DNA from: Guillardia theta CCMP2712
Lineage: Eukaryota; Protista; Cryptophyta
Assembly: GCF_000315625.1 (NCBI RefSeq)
Contig: NW_005434627.1
Coordinates: forward strand, 17,379 to 81,378
Length of the DNA: 64,000 bases
Reading direction: 5' to 3'
The notes beneath the pieces were generated by a model. The model was not told where the DNA came from, did not search any database, and saw only the letters and a program-made list of their open reading frames with translations. The position numbers were made by a program, and so were the translations under genes. Shown here one piece after another: positions 1-10,400 of the stretch. Position 1 is the stretch's first letter; the number at the start of each line of letters is the position of its first letter.

Positions 1-293
1 AGGAGAGGGAGGGAGCGAGAGAGACAGAGAGACACAAAGAGACAGCGACAGAGAAAGAGAATGACATAAAGAGAAAGATTGCAAGCGAGTGCGAACGAAA
101 GAGAAAAAAAGAGGTGCCTAGAAATGATCGAAGAATAGAAAATACAAGTGACAGAGCGAGGAAAATGAAGAGTGAACAATGAAGAGGATATCAACAGAAC
201 AAACATTCTGTCTGAGAAAGACTTTACTTACTACTTTCCCAATGACTCTCTTTACCTTCTCCAGGCTCCGCCAGGACCGAAGCACCACCAGCA

Positions 294-3200
294 ATGACCA
301 GCAGGCTCCCACCCCTCCTCCTCGTTGCCTGCATCCTCTCCTCCTCATCGGCCGCTGGTCAGTCGCTCAACAGCACAGTGGGAGTGCTGTCGCCGGTGCT
401 GGTCAAGACGTACGGGTCTGTGCCTCTCCTGGCGTTCAAGCAGGTCTCCATGGCCTGCCTCATCGCGCTCTATCACGTCAACACTCGAGACCCTCAGATC
501 GTCGGCCAAGCCGTCGTCGACCGCCTGCCCCAGGTCTGCGACGAGCTGGCCTTGGTGCTGGGCGTGACGTGAGCTGGCAGGGCTTCCGCATCGACGTGAA
601 GTTCAAAGACTCGCAGTTCGACGCAGCAGAGGCGCTCAAGGAAGTCTTGGCGTGGAGAGAGTCGTCGAGCATCGATGCGATAGTGGGCCCGATGACCTCG
701 GACGGGTCGCAGGTCGTGAGCCTTGTGTCTGCTCTGCAGGGGACGCCGGTGACGAGCTTCGGGGCCTCTTCCACGCTTCTCTCGGACAAGCAGACGTACC
801 CGCTCTTCTCGCGAACCAACCCTCTCATCATGCTGAATGCCATGGCGCTCATCGGGGTATGCCTGCGGTTCAAGTGGAAGCAGATCGCGGTCCTGTGTGA
901 GGACACAACCTACGGCAACGGCTTCCTGTCAAATGTGCAGGAACAAGCCTCGTCCAAGGGCGTCGACTTGGTTCAAGTACAGAAGTTTGTGCCAGAAGGC
1001 TCCAAGTCCATTGCTGCAGCCATGAGCTCCCTGCAGAAGAGCCGCGCCAAGATCTTCCTCTACCTCGGCATCGGCGTACCCAACCTGGAGCTGGTGCTGA
1101 CCTATTCCAACAAGGAGGGGCTCTTGCAGGACGGACACGCGTGGGTGGCGGGGGAGATAGGAGTGCCGAGTGCGGTGGTGGCATCCATGCAGCACAAGCA
1201 GCTGGCGGCGCTTCTCAAGGGCTGGATACAGATTCGCGTCGCTCCTTTGTACGGGAAGAAGCGAGACCTCCTTGAGACCGCTTTCAGGACGGTCGACCAG
1301 TCCAAGGTGAACAACTCCATCATCGGCATGAAGCCCGCGGAGTACTCCATGCCCTTGCCCGACTATGCCTCCTTCGCTTACGATGCCGCGTGGGCCACTG
1401 CGCTGGGGCTGGCCAAGACCAACGGCACGGGGGCGGCGCTTGCTCATGCGATCAGAAACTCCTCGTTCCCCGGGGCCTCGGGACTGGTGTCCTTCGACGC
1501 GTCGGGAGATCGAGAGCCCAACGGGATCGTCGTGACTATCGAGAACATCCAGCCGTCCTCAGCGAACGCGTCCGTGATAGAGTCCGTCGTCATCGGTACG
1601 TGGGAGGCCGCCCAGGCCTTCGCCGACGTTAGCGGACTGACTCCGCTGTGGCCTGGCGGAAGAAGCGGCTGGAATCCGCCCAGTGACGGGTCGGGTCAAG
1701 GTCGTGACAAGCTGCTGACGATCGTGCTGGCAGTCAGCGGAGGCTTCCTGGTACTTCTGCTGGCGATCTCGGCGGCGTTCTACCGGCTTTACAAGGCGTC
1801 GCTCAGAAACAGAACGGCAGAGGAGACAGACTTGTCAAACATGATGAGTCGAGTCCGAGAAGCCTTGGGAGTCACCGTGAGCGCAGGGTACATCTTGCCG
1901 AGCGAGAAGTCGTCTTCCATCTTCAGCTGCTACCGGAGGTCGAGGGTCATCGTCATGGACAAGCGAAGCGTAGAGGCTGTGGCCAAGCTTGCGCTGGGCG
2001 ATGACTTTGCCAAGAACGACTTCGAGCGCTTCTACGACTTTGTCAAGTACAGAGCAGATGTCGTTGCGGGCAGGTCGTTCGGAATGATAGCGGACGAGGA
2101 GTCCATGAAGGCGGAGACGGACGCGCTAGACCTCGAGGCGCAGCAGGGGGGGGAGGAGATGACCGAGATGATGCAGCGACTGCACAGCCTCATCCTCATG
2201 GTGTGTCTTCGGATCCTGAGCCCCTCGAGCTCGAGGAGCGAAGAGGAAGGCAGCGACATGCTGTCGGTGGGGTGGAAGGCTCGCATGCTGCAGTCTCGAG
2301 AGAGCCTTGGAGATGTGTTGATGGCAGAGACAACGCACAGCTTGTACGAGGATGAAGCTTTCACCCAGTACCTGAGCGGAGACTTCGAGCGAGCATATGA
2401 ATACTTCACCGGGCGTGTGCTGCGACTCAACGCTTGGCGAGACAACCCGCAGCTCCTGCCTCGCTTGAAGAAGCACATCCAGCGGCTCATGGACAAGCTC
2501 GCCCGCATCAACGACAGAAGGTATGAGTCCATGATGAAGGAAGCAGGAGGAGCTGAGCTCAAGGAGGTCGGGCAAGGCTTCGTCGACGCCTTGTTCTACC
2601 AGGATGACCATCAGGTACTGCCAGGGCGATGGGTTGTAGCCGACAGGCATGACCGTATGACAGGTGCGAGCGATCAGAGTGGAGGAGGAAGACAGGAAGG
2701 AGTCCAGCCTGCACAAGAAACTAGAGACGTGGAGGCGGCTGAGCACGGGGAGCCTGATGCTACGAGAGGATGTCTTCATATCGCAACTCCACAGCCGTGC
2801 GGTGCTGCTCAACGACTCGTTCCATAGCAAGCTAGTCGACGTCCTCAAGGCGCATGCGGCCGAGTGTGAAGTCGAGAGACCCGCTGGAAGAGCCGCAGGC
2901 CAGGGGGCGAAGGGGGTCAGGATCGCCTGCCATTTCGATGACGGAGTGCATCCGATCGAGTTCGTACCTGCTGCGGTGAAGAAGAAGCCGAGGATGGCTG
3001 AGAAGGTGATGGAATATGCGGCGGCGGAGGAGGAGGATGCTGGCTGGCCTTACAGCCGTCGCGTTCTTGACCCGGTAGGAGGACGACAGGTCTCGATTGC
3101 AGTCCCTCAAGTGCGTGCAGGTGCGAGCAAGCGTCATCTGCAACCGCCCGAGCCACATGGCGCAAGTGTATCGCTGGCTGACGTCGCAAGGCAAGACCGG

Positions 3201-3482
3201 CATGCGCGTGTGCCGGGTGAAGAACAAGCTGAGCCTCGAGGAGGCGCCCGACGGGTACCGAGACATCATGGTGTGCCTGCTGTTTGAAGGCGAAGGTGGC
3301 TTGAACATTATCGGAGAAGTACAGATCCACGACAGGAAGATCTACGAGTGTAAGGTGAAGGTGAGTGCAGCTGAGCTGGGGGGCTGGTGGGGGAAGAGGT
3401 GACGGGTGGGATGCAGATGCACAAGCTCTACCGGATCAAACGAGCTGAGAGCATCCAGAGCATCATGGGTCATTCTGCGTGA
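294..3482 (+). CDS. Single-pass receptor: signal peptide + ANF-receptor/Venus-flytrap (PBP type 1) ectodomain + TM + cytoplasmic RelA/SpoT-like nucleotidyltransferase domain (996 aa)
   Basis: Exons 294-533, 581-2614, 2664-3074, 3121-3360 and 3417-3482 join in frame through phase-0 GT-AG introns of 46-56 nt. Signal peptide MTSRLPPLLLVACILSSSSAA. VFT motifs AIVGPMTS..TPVTSFGASSTLLSDKQTYPLFSRTNP, YASFAYDAAWA and FPGASGLVSFDASGDR. TM LLTIVLAVSGGFLVLLLAISAAFY at about 1712-1783. C-terminal motifs VKKKPRMAEK, LDPVRASV, RVKNK, DGYRDI, EVQIH and MHKLYR. Confidence 0.88.
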
Positions 3483-3734
3483 GAAGGGATGAGCTTGAGA
3501 GGGCCCGCGGCGGGGGAAGGGAGGGGGCTAGACTGTGCTAGCAGGTACTTTGACCAGTCGGATCCCTGCAGGTAAACTTGTGATGATGAGAGAGGTGTAT
3601 TCAAATGTTGTTGGCGGCGTTTTTAATGACTCTCAATTCAAATGTTCTTTGCCGTCTGCCACCGAGCCTGAGTCACTTGATCAAATACCGTTGAAGCAAT
3701 GTGGATAGGAGCAACTGCCAGCGAGTCGTTTGCC

Positions 3735-4660
3735 AAGTCAAGACGGTTCAACGGTTTCAATTCACCTCCGGGACTCCGGGGAGTTCAGCCTCCGAACTGT
3801 AGTTCGTTCGACTCAGTTGCCGCCGACTCTCCGGCAGGCTCGACTCCCGGCCGGGCCGACTCCGGCCTGGGCCGCTCAGTGACTTCGGCCCAACATGACC
3901 GTCGCCCCGGCCCGCCGCCCGCCGCCGCCGGGCCCGGCGGCGCTGGCCCATCCGAGGGGGCCTCCCGGCGAAGGCTGAGACGGTCCCCCCCCGGGCCGCG
4001 GCGGCCCACTGGCCAGGCGGGGGCCGCGGCCGGCCGGCGTCACTGACAGTGAGCTTCACGACTCCTCGTGACGGACGGTCCGGCAACCGGAGTCACGACG
4101 GTGTCCGCCGCCGGAGCCGCTCCGGGATATGATCCCCGGACTCGCCGCCGCCCCGGGACTCCGGGACGCGGGCGTGACTGCTGCAGGCTGGTCCGACTCA
4201 GACTCGCCGGGCTGGCTCCAGGGGGGCCCGCGGGCCGGGCCGCCCAGCCTGCCGCCCCTGAGTGCCGCTCAGCGGCTGTGCGGCCGGCGCCGGGCCCCGG
4301 CGGCCCCGGCGACTCTTAGTCCGGCGGTTCAACGGTTCGGACCCGGCCGACCGTCCGACTGTGATCGGACCGTCCGACGGTCGGACCGTGGGCCGTCGGC
4401 CCCGGCCCAGTCGGTGACCGTCTCTGGCCGCGCACCGTGCCAGACAGCGGCCGGCGGCCGCCACGGGCCAGGCTCCGCGGCCGCCGCCGGCGCGGATAAC
4501 TTGCCAGTGCCACGGTGCCACCGTCCCGCTGGGTACGGTCGGCGTCCGATGTCCGAGTCGCCCACCTACTACGATGAGTAAAAGTTTTCAGTTTAGTCTG
4601 ACGGTCCTCTTTCAACGACCGTCGAACGGTTTACTCAAAGTTAAGTTTCAACGGTTTTCA
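3735..4660. repeat. GC-rich low-complexity intergenic island (CCGG/GGCC/TGAC/GACTC vocabulary)
   Basis: Very high GC content with recurring short motifs. Ends in TTTACTCAAAGTTAAGTT (4630-4647), which is shared with other islands. The ORFs inside are Pro/Arg/Gly/Ala-rich and not credible. Confidence 0.7.
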
Positions 4661-6491
4661 GCCAAGTTTCCGGAGTATTGTTCCCCTTGAACAAACCAAA
4701 GGGACACCCCACCCACTCAGGATTGTCCCAGTCCAGTCAACCGTGACCGCACGGTGTCCCGGAGTCCACCCAACCCCCCGACCCCCGAAACGCTCGGATT
4801 GAGTGGTGACTCCGTACCCGTCATATCCCCCCCCCCTCCTCACCGGGCACGGTACGACCGTCAGCAGTTTGAGACTCTGAAGTGCCAGTCAGGCTGGTAC
4901 TACCACACCCACCCCTATGGCCTATAAGGAGTACCCCCTCTTGACAAGTTCCCGGTCGGTATCAATCGGGAGTCCGCGGCCTCTCATTATCCCCCGCCCC
5001 CTGAAGAAGGACCCCATTGTTTACCATGGAAAAACAGCTGGCAAGGTGGGGTGGTCCCTCTTAAGCCTACTCAGGGGGGCGGATTTCTGATCGGATGATG
5101 AGAAGGGCGGGGGGTAGAGCCTGGTGGTGGAAAAGTGGGGGTCGACGGGTGTTGCAGTCAGGCAAGAATGGGGTAGGGTCATCAAAATGAAGCCAATTTG
5201 GGGGTGGGGTAGAAGCATCGATAAGACCGCTCGATGGGGTCCGGTCGCTGAGTCTGGCAGGGGGTGACTCAGTGGTTTCAAAAAGGGGTGTTGAGGATCG
5301 AGGGGTAGGGTTCTTGGTACTGCACAAATGTGGAAAGTGGGGGTGGGGGGTTCTCCTTTAGATGTATAAGGGCTGGTCAGTTTCATGGAATTGGGGGGGG
5401 TCGGGGTGGTTTGGAGGCCGCATTTATTACGGTAGTAAAAGGGGGTGGGGTCGACCAAGGTAAAACCCATTTGTAGGTTGAATAATAGTTTTAATTCAAG
5501 TTCTTCGCAAGGGCCCCCCTGTTATAGGACATTGAGAGGTAAGGTGGTTGGGGGCTTCTCAGTACCAGGGCTCATTGAAAAGGCATTTTTCCAGTGTCCA
5601 AAAATACATCTTGACGCTAAAACACTAATCAAGCATCAAAAACTATTTTAAAGAGAGCACATTGTTTTGTAGTGTATATTTCAATTTAGTCCCTTTATAT
5701 ACGACTCCCTGCCTTTTAAACATCCGCCTCCCCCTCATTCTTCCTTCCGCCCCTCACCCCTCCCTTTCTCCCCCGCCCCCTTCCATCCCCTTCCTGCCCT
5801 CCAACTTTGCTGTGCTACCCTCTTGCTACTGCTACTACTCCCACTCCTCTCCTCCTCGAGTTCAGTGTTCGATGAACCTTAACTTTCGGTCAAATGCCCA
5901 GATTCTTGCTTTACCATCACTGGTTTCTCCACTCTCTCCCCCCCCCCCCCTCTCCCTCGATCTCCTGTTCGTCCCACTCAGAGACTGGATGGTCCTCTCT
6001 TTCTTCACCTGTTCTTGTTCTCGACCGCTGGGACTGCACTTTCACTTGCATGACCACCTGCATCTTGTATACGCGTCATGTAGATGTTTAAACTTTCACA
6101 ATTTTCTTGAGTTGGTACCGGTATGAGTGCTCTCTAACTCCTTGTCTTGGAAGGAGAATGGCGATGGACTTGTCTTTTGCAGCATTGCTGCAAGTTCCTG
6201 AGATGATTCGATTTCCTTCTGTGAGTTGTTGTGGAATCTTTGCAACCAAGAATCTGATTTCATGTTGAAGAGGTCGTTGGAGAAGAGACCACCAGGCTAG
6301 TTTTGCTTTAGATTGAGGTATAACGTGTAAACAAGCACTCATGTTGATGCCCTCATCAGAGTATATTTGTATCAGAGAATCTCTCGCAGCATCAAAGAGC
6401 TTTTCGGTCGGTTTTCTCGCTTCCTTGTCAGAAATTCGTGGAAATGACACTTGTTTCACGACAGACAAGTCACCCGCGCACAATCAGGTCG

Positions 6492-7203
6492 ATGGAAATA
6501 CATGAAGACGATGACGGGAAAAGAAATCCTTCACCCAGCAACGAGATGGCAGAGGTGAGTCAAGATCGACTCTCGTCTCCTCGCCCTGACTGTAGCGTTA
6601 GATGAAAGGGTTCAACACTATCTTCCCCCGCCGCAAGGCAGGGCAGCAAACGAGAGTAAACAGCAAGCCTGTGGTGCTCAACGAGAAGACTCTCCAGCAG
6701 TTCTTCAGTCTCCCCCTGCATGAAGCTGCTTACAAGCTAGGAATCTCTGCCACCGCCATGAAATCCGCATGCCGGTACGCGAGGAATTGCCTGGATTGCG
6801 AGCACTGACGGGCCACTAGGAAACTTGGCATCAAGAAGTGGCCGTACCGGTCTGTGTATGGAGCCAAGACGCCAGGAGTCGGCAACTCATCTTCCAGCCC
6901 ATCTAACCCATGGAAGAAGTGAGAGAGGGAAGCTGAGCCTCCCGTCCTGACCGTCTGCTCAGGGAAAGTTATGACGCGACCCTGAGCAAGGACGCAGAAC
7001 TTTTGGCGGAGACAGTGATGATGCTCCACGAGGTGAGAAGGGAGGGGGAGGGAGGAGGGGAGGGAGGAGGGGGAAGGGAAGGGGAAGAGTTTGAAGGTTT
7101 CAGTTCGGCTGATTGTGAGCAGAACAAGACGGACGGGAAGGTGAAGGCTGGAGCAGGCGACAGTCACAACCCCGAGATGTCTGTGTCCCGTCTCCTCAAC
7201 TGA
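6492..7203 (+). CDS. RWP-RK domain transcription factor
   Basis: Exons 6492-6554, 6602-6774, 6820-about 6918, then about 6963-7203 give IFPRRKAGQ...LQQFFSLPLHEAAYKLGISATAMKSACRKLGIKKWPYR, a classic RWP-RK motif. The 5' end and a possible extra intron in the GA-rich stretch are uncertain. Confidence 0.88.
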
Positions 7204-7252
7204 TGGCTCAATCTGCGCGAGCTCGTGAGAGGTGTACAGTATGTAATCATGT

Positions 7253-7331
7253 ACAGTGAAGAGAACAGTGAAGAGAACAGTGACAGTGAAGAGAACAGTG
7301 AAGAGAACAGTGAAGAGAACAGTGAAGAGAA
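7253..7331 (+). repeat. 12-nt tandem repeat (ACAGTGAAGAGA, about 6 copies)
   Basis: Directly visible between the stop codons of two convergent genes. Confidence 0.9.
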
Positions 7332-7451
7332 GATAGTCAACAGCAGGATAGTGTTTGTTTGTCCATTTATATGGTTTGGTTTGTAGAAGGGACGTTTCAA
7401 ATTAAAGCTTCATATTATCCTTTCAATTTAAGCAAGCAGCTCTTTCATCTC

Positions 7452-10400
7452 CTAAACAGCCTCGGAGCTTGAAGCTTCTTTGTCATCTTCTCGCTTCTTT
7501 TCCTCCTCATCTGCTGTCTTCTTGCCGTCAGGCTCGTCGTCCCCCTTCCCGACGCGGATGTAGGGAGGAACATTCTTGGGGTGGACCCGCAGGAAGGGGA
7601 TGGTGGAGGGGTCCATGAGAGAGATGAGCGGGAACATGCCGTCATCGAGGATCGTCAGCAGAGCTTTGTCTCGCAGCCACTCCATGCTGATCACCTTCAC
7701 CCCGTCGTTGTTCGCACAATTCTGCACGTGACGCACAAGACGTTCGATGAAGTTGACCATGACGGCGTACAGCCTTCGGATCCCATCCTTGCCAGGCTCC
7801 ATGTGTCCGCCCGTCAGTTCCTGCACAAACCTCTTCATGGGTGCTACTTCAACCTTGATGTCAAGAGAGTCGGGGATGTCGCAGCCGCTCCTTCGCATGC
7901 GATCACCGTAGCAGCTCGACTTGATGGGGATAAGGTGGCGGAAGGTTCGGTAGACATTCTTCTCCGACAGCGACTTGCCGAGCGTCTCTTGTCGCAGAAA
8001 CCCGGCAGCGAAGGAGCGAAGCATGTCCTTGATCAGCTCCTTCGCCTCCGCCTTGAGCTGCAGCTTGAACACAATCTTGACCACCTTGTCCACCAGTCTC
8101 GCATGCGGATTCAAAGGCTTCGAGGATCCTGTGGACTTCCCCTTCCCCTCTCCTCCCTCCTCACCGTCTCCGCCCTCACCGTCTCCACCTTCTCCCTCCG
8201 CACCTCCACCACTTGCTCCTGCGCCCGCGGCTTCAGCATCGCCTCCTCCCTGAGTCACCTCATTCGAGGCCTGGTTGTCAAAGTCCGAGCCCGGCTCGAG
8301 GTTTTCAAAGCTGCCCCCCACCGCTGAGTCGAGATTCTCCTGACCACTGTCCACTTTCCTTCTCTTGTTGTCTGACCACTCCCCAGCGACATGGCTTGAC
8401 TTCATCTCGACCTCCTCGGTGATGAAGAGCATCTTCTTCACGATCCTCTCGTCATACGCGACCGTCACCCCCGCTACTTCCAGCAGAGCCTTGAGCGCGT
8501 CGTCAGTGATGCTGCAGTAGGCTCTAGTCTGGATGTACTCGGCAGGGACAACCTTGACGTCCTCGTTGGTCGCGCAAACCTGCAGGTGGGCAACGAAGCG
8601 GTCGCAGAAGTAGGCGGCAACGGCGTACCATCGCTTCAGCCCCTCCTTGTCGGCGTCAACGGCCCCATCGCTCAATTCGTGAATCTGCCGGCGCATTGGA
8701 GCGATCTCGATCTTGAGATCCAGACCCTCGGGAGGGTCACAGCACGACTTTCTCAGCTTGTCTCCGAAGATGCTGACCTTAGCTGGGACTAGCGTCCGAA
8801 TGGCTCGCAGAACGTTCTTCTCCGAAAGCGACTTCTCGAGAGATTCATGCTTCAGAAAGCCGGACATGAAGGACCTCGTCAACTCTTTCAGCTGCTCCTT
8901 GGCATCCGCTTTCAACTGCAGCTTGAATGTTTGCTTGATCACCTTGTCCACGAGCTTCGAGTGAGGCATCTGAGCCTTCGGCAAGGTCTTGGACGAGGGA
9001 TCGCCCGGCATGCCGTCGTCCAGGCCTCCTTCATCGAGCTTCCCCTCGTCATCCAGCTTCGACTTCCCATCCGCATCCAGGAGGTCATCACCAGCCAACA
9101 TCAACGAGCTTCTGGCTCCCAGCACATCTTTCAACTCCCTCATGTAGTCGCCGTTGGGGTAGTGGTAAAAGAAGACTTCAGCCATGCGGAGCAGCGGTTT
9201 GAAACCTTCGTCCGAGACCAGCGATAGAGCCTTCAGACGCATCCAGTCCAACGTTATGACTTTGACCTCCTCGTTGTTGGCAGTGTGCTGGACATGGGAT
9301 ACCAAACGCTCACAGAAGTGCCCGACTAGAGCATACAGCCTCTTCAAGCCATCCTTGTCGCCGTCGACGGTTCCTTCGCTCAGCTCACTCACTTGCACCT
9401 TCATGGGGGGCGTCTCAAGTTTGAAGGCGAAGCCCTCAGGTTGTTCGCATCCGGCTCGCCTCAGCCTCTCTCCGAAGTTGCTTGCTTTGGCAGGAACCAG
9501 CATCCGGATGGCTCGATACATCGTCCTGTCGGACAGCGACTTCTCAAGGATCTCTAGACGCAAGAATCCGATAATGAAGCACTTGGTGAGCTCTTTGATG
9601 TGCTCCTTGGCATCAGCCTTGAGCTGAAGCTTGAAGATCATTCGGAGCATCCGATCCACCAACCGAGCATGCGGATGTTGCATCTTTGCCCGATTCGCAG
9701 CTCCCTCACCATCGTCACCACTTTGATTGCCATCATCATGATCTGCCATGCTTTCCACTGCCGTGTCAAGTCCCTCGGCAGTCAAGTCCTTAGGCTGGTT
9801 CAAGCCTGATACCATGTCGAGCTTCTGTCGCTTTGGATCATTCCATTCCATGCCGTCCTCGCTCAGCCCGCGCTTCGCCGGGTTCTCTTCAATTCCTGAG
9901 CGGATCGCGTGCGACACTTTCTCGTCATTCTGGATCGCGATGCCTGCGATCTCGAGCAAGGGCTTCAGTCCCTCATCGGCAACGAACGAGAGCGGTTTCG
10001 ATTTTAGCCATTCCAGCCCGATGACCTTGACCTCTTCGTTGTTGGCAGTATGCTGGATGTGATGCACGAGCCTCTCGCTGAAGTGAGCAATCAGAGCATA
10101 CAGCCTCTTCAGTCCCTCTCGATCACCATCGAGCAGGTAGTCGCTGAGCTCCTGCACTTGCCTCCTCATGGGAGCGACTTCGATCTTCAGGTCGAGCCCT
10201 TCGGGGGGCTCGCAGCATCCCTTCCTCAATCTCTCACCAAAGTTGCTTGCCTTGGCAGGGACCATGGTCCTTATAGCACGCAGGATGTTCTTCTCTGAAA
10301 GTGAGCGGCCAAGACTTTCAGATTTCAGGAATCCAATCAAGAAACATTTCACAACTTCCTTGATGAAGTCTTTGGCGTCCGCCTTCAGCTGCAGCTTGAA

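Noticed and set aside
1-115. GA-rich tract as nucleomorph-type telomere
   Set aside because: Irregular purine tract like others near promoters in this window; not a regular telomeric repeat.
179-580. N-terminal 134 aa of the 882-aa ORF
   Set aside because: Wrong frame. The real first exon (294-533, signal peptide) is in another frame and splices in at 581.
294-3482. Class C GPCR, ionotropic glutamate receptor, receptor guanylyl cyclase, or bacterial contaminant
   Set aside because: Only one TM helix, no 7TM, pore or cyclase motifs, and four spliceosomal introns show it is a nuclear gene.
3699-4615. Many overlapping P/R/G/A-rich ORFs in GC islands (also about 30.5-31.4, 42.1-42.7, 46.0-46.7, 53.8-54.2 and 60.8-61.5 kb)
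   Set aside because: Open on all frames simply because the high GC content depletes stop codons; no domain motifs.
7253-7331. Possible CRISPR-like array
   Set aside because: Contiguous 12-nt tandem units without unique spacers, eukaryotic context, and no cas genes.
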